From the NCBI RefSeq assembly GCF_009914755.1, contig NC_060938.1: 64,000 nucleotides of DNA; one strand, given 5' to 3'. Shown here piece by piece: positions 19,017 through 35,480 of the stretch. The notes beneath the pieces are model-generated. The model was not told the origin of the DNA, did not search any database, and saw nothing but the letters and a program-made list of their open reading frames with translations. Origin of the DNA: the human T2T-CHM13v2.0 reference genome, Homo sapiens. Every line of letters starts with the position of its first letter. Position 1 is the stretch's first letter. The position numbers were made by a program, and so were the translations under genes.

Positions 19017-22000
19017 AGAGTCCTTTATATGTCATTTGAGGACCTATATAATAGCTACTTTTCCATCATCAACTGGTGGCTTCCAAGTTTGGCCTGGGGG
19101 CATATTCTCCAGTCACCCATAAGGATTCCCCCTTTCCATTGTGCCTGGAAGTGGCTCAGAGCACCTTTGTTTTCATGTAATTGGCTGAAACGTGGTCACA
19201 TGGCCCCATGTGCTTGCAGGGGGAGTCTGGGAGGTATAGTTTGAGTGTCTAGGAAAAAGGGTGTTGATGAATATTATTGTGGATGAGGAGTCGATGGTCT
19301 GTGCTGCATACTGTAAGCAGCACTGTGCAGGCGGAGGAGAGTCCCAGCAGCCTAGGGCCTCTCCAAGAAAAGAAGACAAAAACCCCAACTTGCCTGTCCT
19401 GCCACAATCTCTTGAGATGCTGTCCTGAATATCAGGCACACCACCAAATAGGAAGATGTTCATGACTGGTGAACATTATTAACAGACCTGGTGACCCATA
19501 GGGCTAATGAAGTTAGTGGAACCTGTGGTGCTTATTCTAAATAATGAAACTCTCTACTTGAGAAATTTTTGGGCAGAGGAGATTTTCCAGGAGTGCCCAG
19601 AAACCCCATCATTTAGCACTGCTGATTCCACCCACTCTGTCTGCTCAGAGAGACTGGAGGTGGCTGGGTGGCTTTCTCAGTACAGTTCGTGCTAGTAACT
19701 CTAGATACAAGGCTACAGCCTCCAGGATACAGAACACAGCCATGGTGCAGAGGCACTGGAAGCCCTGTATATGAGTTTGGGCATCACCAATTACAAGCTA
19801 TGACTTTGGCAAATTACTTAATATTTCTGAGCATTGGAGTCCTCATTTATAAATGTACATTTCTCAAATGTAAACGTGGTTTAATACTTGCCCTTATTAC
19901 CCCACACATTGTTGAGAGGATGCAGAGCTGAAGTAGGGGAGACGTTTGTGAACCATCAAGCTTTATATAAACATACATTGTGACGATGAGAGCAGTGTCT
20001 GCACTTAGGAGGGGCTGCGCGAATCCTTGAATGAGTGATGGCGGTCTTGCTCATGCTCACTGCATCTGATTTGACCTTTGTAAGCCCCTTGTTTGAAAGC
20101 CTTTCCCCCTTCTTCCAAGCCCCTTTGGATGTGTGCATACACACGCACACGTACACTCACAGTGGAGCTTGTCCGTTTGGCATTAAGCATAAGGCCTGTA
20201 AGTCAGAGCTGAGGAGCTGAGATCTAATGCCCGTGGAGCACCCTCAGGACAGGGAGGAAAGCTGGGGGTCGTGGTTGCCCTCTCCCCGGTGTGGCGGCTG
20301 AATGCATTTTTCACTTGAAGTTCCAGAAGCCCACAAGTAGGAGCTGTGCTGCAGCACGCCGCTTTGTCCCCGTCCTTAGGACAGGTCTGTGGGCTGGTCC
20401 CTCTCCGCCTCTCCACCTCTCCTCACCATGAACCATTCGGCCACTCCTTGAGTCCCGTGACATATTCCTGACATTAAGCTGTCTCTTCTTGCTCCCCTAA
20501 CAGCTCCTAGAGAGAAGAGACACCGTAAACATGATGTGTTCTCTCCATTTCAGAGCTATGAAAACGAAGGCATAGAGAGGAGAAGCGATTTCTTCAGATG
20601 GGGCCAAAGAGGTGGATGGGAACTAACTGAGAAGAATCCACTTGGAAATAGGACACTCTGGGGTTTTGCCATGTTAGCCAGGCTGTTCTCAAACTCCTGA
20701 CCTCAATCTAGTGGCATCCAAAGCTGGGAAGGACTCTGAATCACGATATTAGCCATAATAGCCAGGGCCTCAGCGCCTAGAACTGGGGACTGGCTGCCAC
20801 AGGGATGGCTGCTGTCTCTGCTTGCCTCTAGTTCTTTGTATGATGATGGCTTTGCTCTCTCCCACTGCAAACACCTGGACAAGAACACAGCCACTGGCAG
20901 GCCCAGCCTGGCTGGTAGGGAGAATACATGCTGAGGATAGATGCGGAGGTATGGGTGTGTATGAGGTGCAACCTGCCAGGACGAACTGTTGCATCACAGG
21001 GTGAGTCATGTTGAGGAACAGCGGCAGTAGCAGGACCACATCCTTTCTGGGCTCCAGCTGCCGCTTCCTCAAGCCTGGGTCAGCAATGGTTGTCATGGCA
21101 ACAGCCTGATGGGAAGGTCTCAAGGAAAACGCTGAGGCTGGAGTATTTTGAATCATATTTGCCTGTCAATGAGTCCCTCTCTTGCTAAGAACCAAAGAAA
21201 GAAAAGCCCGACTATGTGGGTCCATCTCACTCTGAGTAGGGAGGTCAGTAGGAGTACCTTGTGGTGTCAAGTTTGGGTTTCCCTCTCTCCCCTGAGGTTT
21301 CGGGGGGCAGGCTGGCACTAGCTTTTCCTGTTACCTGTTAACAAAGATGTATGTGCCTGTGCTTAACGTTTCTTCCCAAGGCATGAGGAAAAGCACACTG
21401 CCGTGAGGTACCTGGGACAAGTGTAGCCCCCTCTCCTAAGTGGTCTCCTTGTGGCCAGATTCTCCTTCAGCTGCTGCCCAAGTGATCTTTCAAACAAGTG
21501 AATCCCATCAGCTTGCTTCCCTGCTTAAATCCTTCAGCGGCTCCAGATTCCTGGTCAAATAGAGTTCAGTACCTGAGCTTGACAGTCCTCCTCCTCATCT
21601 CGCCTTCTCTGGACTCTGTGTTGCTGTCACTGTCCTCTGCTCACACTCCCTGCAAATCTCTATTCCCAGAGAGCTTCCTGCCTCTGTGTCTTTGTGCATA
21701 TTGTGTGCTCGGAATGTCTTCCTGCTTCCACCAGAGAACCTTGTCTCCTTTAAATAAAATGTGTGACTCTCAGATGAGAATGGTGCCAGCCAAGTGACCT
21801 TGTCTCCAGTCTCCTGAGCCCTTTGTGTGCCTGAGGCCACAGCCAGGCCTGCTCAGCCCTTCTGTCCATCCCCTGGATGGACTTCCCCTTTAAAGATTAG
21901 CAGCTCTAAGATAAATTAAAACCCCTCTCCTTGCTTCCTTTTGCCTCTTTGAGAAGGATTCATTCCTTCATCTGACAAAGATTTAATGAATGGCCATTAT

Positions 22001-22254
22001 GCACCAGAAACTTACTGTTCCAGGCACTTGGATACATTAGTGAACCAAACAGAAATCCCTGCCCTCATGAAGCTTATGTTCTGGCAGGGGAGATGGACGA
22101 TACACAATGTATGTAAGAAAAAATATTATATAATATATATCTAAAGGCATTAAGAGCTATGGTAAATAGAAAAGGTAGAGCAAGGAAGGGAGTTTGGGAG
22201 CCCTAGGAAGAAGGGTGGGACAGGTGGCAATAGCATATAGAGTGGCAGGATCAG

Positions 22255-23347
<1,093 letters not shown>

Positions 23348-24477
23348 AAGCCTCATTGAGAAGGTGAGATTTGAGCATAGAATTAAAGGAGGTGAGAATT
23401 AGAATATCTGGGAAGAGCACTCCAGGCAGTGGTGTGGCTACAGCAACGACCTTGGGGCAGGAATGTGCCCGGCATGTTGGAGGAACAGCAAAGAGTCCAC
23501 TGTGGCTGCAGTGGGCAGAGCAAGGAGGACAATAGTGAGAGGTGAGGTTAGAGAAGCGATGGGACTCGGTCCTGTAGGGCCTTGTAGACCACATAAGGCC
23601 TTCGGCTTTTCCTCCAAGAGAAATGGGAGCCATCGCAGGGAGGTTGACCAGAGGGACCACATGATCGGCCTTATGTTCTAAATGACCACCCAGTACTGTA
23701 TTGAGACTAGGCCATGGGAGTAAAGGTAGGAAACAGAAGGACCTGCTAGGAAACTTCTACAGAAATCCAGATAAGGAATGATGGTGGCTGAGACCATAGT
23801 GATAAGAATGGTGGCAGTGAGATGTCAGATTCTGTACATATGTGGAAGGTAATGTCCACAGAATTTCATAACAAATTGGACAAGGAGTGTGAAAGGAAGA
23901 GAGGAGTGAAAAATGACTCTTAAGATTCTGGCAGGGAAGAATGGAGTTGCCGTCAGTTGAGATGAGGAAGGCTGCCGGTAGAGCGGGTAGAGGTGAAAAG
24001 ATCAGCTGTTTCAGTTTTGGACATGTTGAGTTTGAGATGTCTGCTAGACATCCAGGTGGATATATCAGGTAGGTAACTGGGTATATAAGCCTGGTTTGGA
24101 GAGAGACCCGGGATGCAGATAGAAATTTGGGAGTCATCCCATGCTGATGGTATTTAAACTATGAGAGCAGATGAGATCATCAAGGGAGTGAGAGAGGAGC
24201 CATGACAGTGGTCTAACCCTGGTGCACCCCAACAAGACCAGCTGCCATGGAGATTGAGAACAAGGCTGATTTGCTCAAAACCAGGGTGCCCAAGGAATGA
24301 CAAAAGGGAGATGGATAATATAGACCAGGTACCGTGGGTCCCCAGAGACAAGTTTCTGCTCTCCCCATTGTTGACCTCCTTGCAAGGCCACATTTCCCAG
24401 CCTCTGCCCTAAGACTATCCTGCTGTGGCCCAGAGGTTCTCAATGCTAATTCGTGGCCTTTTAAAAAATAAGCATAA

Positions 24478-24785
24478 GGCCGGGCGTGGTGGCTCACGCC
24501 TATAATCTTAGCACTTTGGGAGGCTGAAGTGGGTGGATCACGAGGTCAGGAGTTCAAGACCAGCCTGGCCAAGATGGTGAAACCCTGTCTCTACTAAAAA
24601 TACAAAAAATCAGCCGGGCGTGGTGCATGCGCCTTATAATTCCTGCTACCCCGGACGCTGAGGCAGAGAATTGCTTAAACCTGGAGGGTGGAGGTTGCAG
24701 TGGGCCGAGATCACCCCACTGCACTCCAGCCTGAGCGACAGAGCGAGACTCTGTCTCAAAAAATAATAAATAAATAAATAAATAA
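24478..24785 (+). mobile_element. Alu (S-like) with (AAAT)n tail
   Basis: TSD aaataagcataa. Confidence 0.92.
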
Positions 24786-24899
24786 ATAAGCATAAAAATG
24801 TGAGATTAGAGCTACAAGATCTGACTTTGATCATCCACGCCTGCGAGGTTTCCCTCCCTACCGCTCAACTCCGATGCACTCCTGAGGTGAGGGGAGGTG

Positions 24900-25475
24900 C
24901 TTTGCCTGGCCGCCCCTTCTCCTGGAATCCTGTCTCGGCCGCTTCCCCCACCCCTGTTCCCGGGCTTGTCTCAACCCCACCCAGTGGCTGCTGCTGTCTG
25001 CGCCCGAGGACCTCATCTCCTCGCAGAGGCTGGCTCCCCGCGCCCCGCATCCCACGCTGGGACACGCGTGTGGCCTTGCCAGGGTGGGCGAGACACGGCC
25101 GCCTTCCTTCACATCCAACGCCGGTGAGGCTCAGCACTCATTGTCTCACTGGCAGCACAGACAAAGCCTTGCGGGCTCCACGGGATAATCAACAGCGAGA
25201 ACGCCCCCAGGGACCTCCGGAAAGAGACACCATTGGTTGCAGGCCTCCAGGTTCTCGTCTGCCTGGTGAGTGAGGTGGCACGCAGCGTCAGTCGTCTGCA
25301 GGAATTTGTGCTGGGGTAAATGCGCGCTTCGTGCAGACCGCAGAGCTGGAGGCGGAGGGCTGGGGTCCCTGGGCCGCGGGCGGGTTCCGCGTGCCCCTCC
25401 CTCGCCGCACCGCGCAGTCCCGCCAGGGGGCGCCAGGCACCGGCCCCCCGCTCTCTGTGCTCCCTGCGCAGGTCC
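24900..25475. promoter_or_regulatory. Orphan intergenic CpG-rich island
   Basis: Non-repeat, GC- and CpG-dense segment in an otherwise CpG-depleted region. Confidence 0.7.
25420..25433 (+). promoter_or_regulatory. CTCF motif CCGCCAGGGGGCGC
   Basis: Near-perfect match to the CTCF core consensus. Confidence 0.7.
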
Positions 25476-27885
25476 AGCTGTGCTCCAAGATTATCTTCCT
25501 TCTATAGCTCACTAGATATTCTTATGCTCACAGGGGTGCCATCCCTCACTCCAGAGCCATCCACAGAATTCAAAAGCAGAATTAGAAAAATCCTTGCTCC
25601 ACCAGCCTGGGCAACATAAGGAGATCTCTACAAAAAATGAAATGTAGTCCCAGCTACTCAGGAGGCTGAGGTAGGAGGATCACTGGAGCCCAGGAGTTCG
25701 AGGCTACAGTGAGCTATGATCGAGCTGTTGCACTCCAGCCTGGGCCACAGAGCGAGACCCGCCTCTAAAACAATAATAATAGTGAAAATTTAAAAAATAA
25801 ATAACAAAGAAAAATCCTCACTCTTTAGCTATTGAATTTTGTGGCGGTGATTTCTTTGGAAACTGCCTCTTCCCACCCCCACTCCACCCACAAACAGGCT
25901 GAGCTACATCAGTACAGAGCCTGGCACTCCGGATGCTGGCGGAATTGATTCACTAGCATGAGCAGGAAGGTCCATTTGAAGGGATCACTCCAAAACAGCG
26001 GCTCACGACAAGGTGGGAGTGGAAGGGAATGTTCTCCTGGGAGTGGGTGGGGGTGGGGTGTCAGCATGTGGACCTGGTACAGCAGCGTTTGAAAATGCCT
26101 CCATCATTCTAATATAATTTAAAATAATAATTAGCCGGGTGTGGTGACTCGTGCCTGTAATCCTACTACTAGGGAGGCTGAGGTGGGAGGATTCCTTGAG
26201 CCCTGGAGTTCGACACCAGCCTGGGCAGCATAGCAAACCCCTGTCTCATATAAATAATAATAAGGATTATTATTCAATGTTTTTGTCATTCAAACCACAG
26301 GTAGTAAAGCTTGACAGAATTTTTGTGGGTGGGATGTGAGCTAAAAATGTTGAGAACCAGGACCTAGCAGATTGTCTGCTATAAGTTCCCTGGCTGTGGA
26401 GGATGGAGCCTCCCCTGAAGAGCAGTGTTGGTCCTTGGGACAGTGGCCGCAGTCCAGCCCATCACAGAAGGGAATGGTGCTCCCTGGGGCTGGAAGCCTG
26501 GGTCTGGGGTGGGGGGAGGTGGGGAGGAACTTGGAGATTCGGCTCACCGTCAGTCTTGTTAAGGAGGCCAATGTCTAAAGTAGGAACCACACCAGGTAAG
26601 CTGCGTTCTAACCTGCTCCTTGTTTTCCTGGCAGATTGGTTCATGCAGGACAGAAAAAGGAGAGATAAAAGACTGTCAGGAGAGTAACTGTTTGGTCCAA
26701 ATGAGGACTCAGGACCCCCAGTGGACCCAGAGAGAAAGACGCTCTGGGTGGGAAGGGTGTGGGAGGCGATCACTATGCACTCGTGCTGGAGCAAAATGAC
26801 ACCAGGGGAGGTGGACCAGCACCCTCTAGGTTCATTCTTTTTATGAGGAAGACTTCTGGTCTCTTACTCTGTTCCTTGAATGGATTTACATCCCAGAAAG
26901 ATGTGTGCTCTGTGCAAATGAAGGGGTGCTCTTCCACTGTAAAGAATGCATTGGCTTTCTGGACTGGGGGGCTGGCTGGCACAAGCCTTTCCCAGGATAC
27001 AGCAGTTTCTGAAAGGGTTTTTGGAGCTGCAGAGTCAAGGACTGGGCTGGGAGTCTTGGTGACCCTACCAAGCACAGAGAGTGCCAGGCGCCCGATTGGA
27101 GAAAGCTGTGGGAGTCTTCTAGAACAATCGTACTAACTGCACACACCATCTGCATGAACCAATACCAGGTTGTATTGGTATTCGGCCATCTTGTGCTGTT
27201 TCCTCAGGGTGTCCCTAGAGTGTTTTGTTTTTGACTAGCATTTAAGCAGCCTGCAGGCAGGGACTGCATTTCATACACAGTGTGTGCCTCCCAGGAGCCA
27301 GGTGCAGCTGGGGTGTGTGACTGTGAGGCTCCTTGCTGTCCATGACATACTGTCACCCCCACTGCCTTAGCTTACTCCCCAGTCACCCCTTGAGGTAACA
27401 GGGCTGGTGCTTTTACAATTCTCATTTTAAAGATGAGGAAATAGGCTGGGTGTTCATCTTACTTAAACCTGTTCAGGTAACAAAGCCCTTGAAGTCTTGA
27501 ATTTATGTGGTCTTAGACTTTAAAGTTCTTGAGAAAAAAATACCATAGGGGAAAATCTAAAAGTAAGACAGCTTTATGCTTTGACTTAATTTTGTCTGTG
27601 AATTGAAAAGGAACATGCCTTTATTCAGCTTTGGGAAGGAGGGACAACTCGGGAGCTTAATTAAATGTCACTGATCCCACCCTAGTGGACTGTTAGGCTT
27701 TGTGATCTGGGTTGAACATGGACACCCCCAGTCAGCCTCTCTGCATCCCTTCCAGAACATTCTTTCTGAGGGTGAAACTAGAAGTAATAGTTTAGCTTGT
27801 GGTTACCTTTATTTCAACATAGCTCAACTTTTAGAATCACCTACTTAAAAGTAATGATGAAATTAATAATAAAAGTTATTTGTTG

Positions 27886-28172
27886 CAGGGCATGGTGGCT
27901 CACACATCTAATCCCAGTGCTTTGGGTTTAGATGGTGGGCGGATCACCTGAGATCAGGAGTTTGAGACCAGCCTGGCCAACGTGGTGAAACTGTCTCTAC
28001 TAAAAATACAAAAATTAGCTGGGTGAGGTGGCGCATGCTGTAATCCCAGCTACTCTGGAGATTGAGGCAGGAGAGTCACTTGAATCTGAAAGGCGGAGGT
28101 TGCAGTGAGCCAAGATCACACCACTGCCCTCCAGCCTGGGTGACAAGAACGAGACTCTGTCTCAAAAAAAAA
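27886..28172 (+). mobile_element. Alu (S-like)
   Basis: Dimeric Alu; flanks aaaag(t/c)tattt(g/a)ttg form the TSD. Confidence 0.9.
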
Positions 28173-28850
28173 GCTATTTATTGAGCACATAGTATGTGCC
28201 AGGCACTGTGCTATTTTCTCTGCATGCTTTTTCTCACTTAGTCCTCATGACAACCTGTGCAGTAGATACCGTTTTTTGTTGTTAAAAATTTTTTAGGGGT
28301 AGAGACTGGGTCTTGCTATGTTGCCCAGGCTGGTCTTGAACTCCTGGCCTCAAGCCACCCTCCTTGCCTTGGCCTCTCAAAGTGCTGAGATTACAGGAGT
28401 GAGCCACCACACCCAGCCTGGTAGGTATCATTATGGTCCCCACTTTACAGATGAGGAAAATGAGGCTCAGAGAAATTATGTGATTTGCCCAAGTTGACCA
28501 AAAGGCCAGGGTTTTCTGGATTTGATACAATTTTGCGAGAGGGCTGATTCTTAGTGAATGGGGAGAAACCAGCTTCTCCCACTTTGGGAAAGGTTGTGTC
28601 CTGCCATCCATGTCAGATGGTCCTAAAGAAACACTCACTAACCCTTGTTCTCATGTGTAGAGAAGGATCAGAACAGGAATTAGATAAAGAAAGACATAAC
28701 AAAAGGGAGTGTCTGAATTTTTTCCTTTTGTCCAATGCAAGTCTGGTTTTGCAACTGAAAAATCCTAATCAATCTCAAAGTTAAAAACTCCAGAAATGTT
28801 ATCTCCTGGTGACTTGTCTACAGCCTCTTCTACCAGGTACAATGATTTGG

Positions 28851-29024
28851 TAGGCTGGCTTCCCGAAGGCTGTCACCTGTGTAGTCACGCAGGGCCCTGA
28901 GTTTAGAAGGGCCCACCCTTGCTTTAATGTTCTGCTGTCCATTTGAAATTCTTAATAATTTTTAAATGAGAGACCATGCATTTTCATTTTGCCCTGGGCA
29001 CTGCAAGTTCTGTAGCTGATCCTG
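28851..29024 (+). mobile_element. MER91-like hAT DNA transposon relic
   Basis: 'gcagggccctgagtttagaagggccc...tttgaaattcttaataattttt...gcattttcattttgccctgggc' matches my recall of the MER91A consensus. Confidence 0.65.
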
Positions 29025-29402
29025 CAATTTAGGAAACTAAAAATAATGCGATGTAACCTAGAATAGCTGCAGCCATGAGCTACTCCAGAACCAAAGCTGG
29101 GGTGCCTGGGGTCCTTCCCTTGTGTATTCTGTTTGTGTGGAGAGTAAGTGACCACACAAGGAGGTTGTCTATTCACTTGCCCTGCAGTGAGAACTGGTAT
29201 TGACATCAGAGCAGGAGCTCGGCAATGAACCCATCAGAAGAGTCCAGCGGAATAGAGATGGTGGGAGCCCTAGGCCTATTTGAAAATCCCAGGAGAACAA
29301 GGACAGGTGGCTCAAGATTCCCTGAGTTTGGATTTGCTTGATGCCCTGACTGGTGGCAGAGGGTCTAATTTCAATGCATCTGACATTAATATATCCTTCT
29401 GA

Positions 29403-31055
<1,653 letters not shown>

Positions 31056-32340
31056 AAAAGATCTTTTAAGGAGAAAGAAAGTCCAAGCTGCTCTGAACCA
31101 TTTGGCTTCTGTGTTGTAATAAAGGTTTATAAATCATCATTGTTGGGCATCCATAGACATATATTCACTGCTTCCTTGGTCTACTTGGTCTCCTGACCGC
31201 TGTCCCAGAATTTGGGGTGTTAGCCCCCAGGCTGCCTTACTGCCAAAGCAGAATTCTGGCATCCCTGGCTGCTCTGTGCTGTTTCTATACTGTCTGCCCC
31301 CAGGGCCCCTCTCTGGCTGGCTCTGATCTGGCAGCCTGCTCATTGCTCTGCGTTGTCATGGAGAAGGTTTTAGAAACATATTGTTGAACTGTGGGTGTAT
31401 TTCTGCCACCTGGTAACAAGTGGGTTTGTAGAAAAGCCACAATGGAGGAAAAGAAAGGGCTCTTGGAGGACAGAGCTAGTGCCAGGGAAGCCAGCCGCGG
31501 CAGAGGGATGGGAGCCTGCACTGCTGTTTGCTGTTTGGTATTCTGTGCAGGCAGCAGCTTGCTGGTTGCCTTGGTTCCTGCAGGACTCCTGGGAGCTTGT
31601 GGCAGACGGAAGGCCATAGCCTCTGCTGAAGTTTACAGATTCTAGGGAAATGAACTGCCGTGCAGCCCAATCTGTGGGAGGAGACCAAGTGGGCTCTCAA
31701 CCATTTAGATGCTCTGATGTAAATTTATGCTTCATGCAGACAGAAAAGCTGCCCTCTGCTTATGTATGCCATCAGGCTGCCCTTGACCCATCTGTGCCAG
31801 CTCCTCATGGGGCCTAGATGTCCTAGCCACCTGGACACCCCCTCTACCCTCCCACACCTAGTTCCTGCAAGGACTTCAGACAGCCAATTTAGGGCACCTG
31901 CCACACCACTGTCTGCAGCTTTGTAGGTCAAAAACAGTTGAATATTGACAATTTCATATTGTTCAACCTAATTGAAAGCTTTGGGGTGACTTGACACTTT
32001 CATCAGGCTTAGATAAGATCATTAAAGAAAATCATTAATAGATTTTCTCTTGCCTGATACAATCTTTTCCCTTCTAAATTATTCTAAATCCTGGTACTCT
32101 GTGTCCACGTCGTCTTCATCTTCCAAATGATGTATATGCTACTAATTATGCCCTGAAAGCTACAGAGCATACGCCTTTTCCTTGAGAAGGTTTGTATACT
32201 CTTTCTACTCCTTGAGGTAGAGGCTAGATCCATTCCCATGCCCATATAGAGAAAAGGTATCTTCTAATGGACTCCAAAGATGTGTTAATTGGTTTGATCA
32301 CAAGCACAAGAAACTATATATTTGTATTACTTGTACATTC

Positions 32341-33199
32341 TTTTTTAATATAGTACAATGTTTATTTAAAATCTGAGCTGGGCCAGGCATGGTGGCTCAT
32401 GCTTTTCATCCCAGCACTTTGAAGGCTGAGGTGGGCAGATCACCTGAGCCTAGGAATTAGAGATCAGCCTAGGCAATGTGGCAAAACTCCACCTTTACAA
32501 AAAATTTAAAAATTAGCCAGGTGTAGTAGCATGAGCCTATAGTCCCAGCTACTTGGGAGGCTGATGTGGGAGGATCACCTGAGCCCGGAGAAGTTTAGGC
32601 TGCAGTGAGCCAAGATCACGCCACTGGACTCCAGCCTGGGCAACAGAGTGTGAGACCCTGTCTCAAAAAAACAAAACAAAACAAAAAATCTGATCTGCCA
32701 ACTTAGCATTTTTCCACCAACTCGGGGAGCTGAAACTTTCCCAGGCTTCACAATCTTTTGCTTAGGGGACGCCCTTGTGGATCTTTTTCGATGCTTGCTT
32801 AGCCTATTTTGCTTCCTTAGCAGCCCTGCGAGCTTGTTCTCGTTGAGCCTCTTTAACTTCAAATTTCTGATTCCTCTTGGCCATTAGATCAGCAAGAGAT
32901 GCATCACTAATGGCCCCCTGGAATCTGACTGCTTGGCAGTTTCTTTTCTTCTGAATTTCTTCCAAATGTCCCTTTTTGTGCTTTCTTCTGTAGAGGACAA
33001 TCCGGTTTATCTACTAACGGTCCCTCTTGGAAAGGAAAGCTGACGTGTACTTTACGTTAAGAAACTGGAAAACCTCCCTGTCCGTCCTGGTGTAGCGCCT
33101 TCCATGTCTAGGGTAGACCTTGTACCCGCTTAAACTGTACAACTTGACCTTCATGGTGGCAGCTCCAGGGGAAAAGAAAAGATGGCAAAGGGAAGGAGA
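32341..33199 (-). pseudogene. Processed RPL24 (eL24) pseudogene with an Alu inserted in its 3' UTR
   Basis: Intronless. ATG at 33154 reads [25 protein letters not shown]... (RPL24: [25 protein letters not shown]); C-terminal PKQKIVKPGKVSAPRVGGK. In-frame stops and a frameshifting deletion. Pyrimidine-rich 5' UTR. AATAAA and A-tail remnant at ~32341-32366. Confidence 0.93.
32381..32688 (+). mobile_element. Alu (J-like) inside the RPL24 pseudogene 3' UTR
   Basis: TSD aaaatctga(g/t)ctg at 32368-32380 and 32685-32697. Confidence 0.9.
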
Positions 33200-34507
33200 G
33201 GATCATGGGAAGAGCCATTCTTCTTATGAGAAGTTTTGGCAACTTTTGAAAAGTCTGTGCTTACCCTTATCTATGTACATATGACATCTACAGACTATGA
33301 ACGCATTTTGCATCAGGACCTAAATAGCAACTATCAGGTTCTGAGGCATCTGCCCTCTCCTTCCTCCTCCCTGGATCTTGATTCAGCTGCTTTAAGATGG
33401 CTCTAGTGACGGGCCTCTTATTTTTCTGTTGAGGCATGGGCTTATTTAGCTATCCTCAGCCCCTTGAGATATATATCCCGCCTGAATTTTTCTGTCTGTG
33501 GCATCAGACTAGTGTTTCCCAGCCTCTCCCTTTTTATTTCCTTACTTCGATGCTCTCACTGCATTCTCTCCTTTTTTGAACATAAAGATGCTTTCACTTA
33601 TTTTAATGACCTCTTGTAAACCAGCCCTTTCCCTTCCCAGAGGTTTTTGCACACTTCCCTCCCTGCTTTCTTTGTTTCCACTTCTTCTAGTGGCTGTAAG
33701 AAGTGGGATTCCAGGCAGAACTCTAGACCCACCTAGGGCAGCAGAGGCAGACTGTGAAACCCAGGCCCACAGCTTTTGGCTGAATCCACATCAAACAATG
33801 AGACTGCTTCAATCCTCATATCCTTTTGTTGTGAATTGCAAGCAGGAGGCAAGATGGGCTTGTCTGGTAAATGCCACCTGTGGATCAGGTGAGATTAAGC
33901 CCACTGGATTTCCCTTCCCAGGAAGGAAGCAGGTGAACTGCCAGACTTTCCAACACAATCCCCTGGCTTCATGTGATAATGAAAACAGGCACCTATATGT
34001 GAAGAAATAGCCAGTTATAAGTGGGAATACTGAGTATAGACAATGCCCAGAAAATAAAAACAGGCAGCTGGCAGCCTGAAGATGGAGAGAGCAAAGGGGA
34101 GATTTTTATTAAATGCTCTAAAATTGATTTAAAAAAAATTGTCTGCCTTTAGCGAATGAAGTCTTCTGGAAAACTACATACCTAGTGATAATTGGAAGCC
34201 AAGTCCTGGACACTTGCAACCACCCGCAATAAGATCAGAACGCGTGGAGGGTCTGGAGCACAATTTCTGTCCAGGAGAGGGGCCTTATTCCTATTATTCA
34301 AATAGACAGATGGATGGCATCTAACTTCCCTTCAAGCTCCACAATATTGTAATCTGGTGGCCTGGGAAGTTGAAGCCTAGCCACAAATGATACAAATTTG
34401 CCATAAAGTAAATAATTACCAATGAACAAGGAGGTAGAGGAGGGAGAATCTACCAGTGGGAGTTAATCAATCACACATACAAACTGCCCTTGAGTTGGAC
34501 TTGCCTT

Positions 34508-35480
<973 letters not shown>

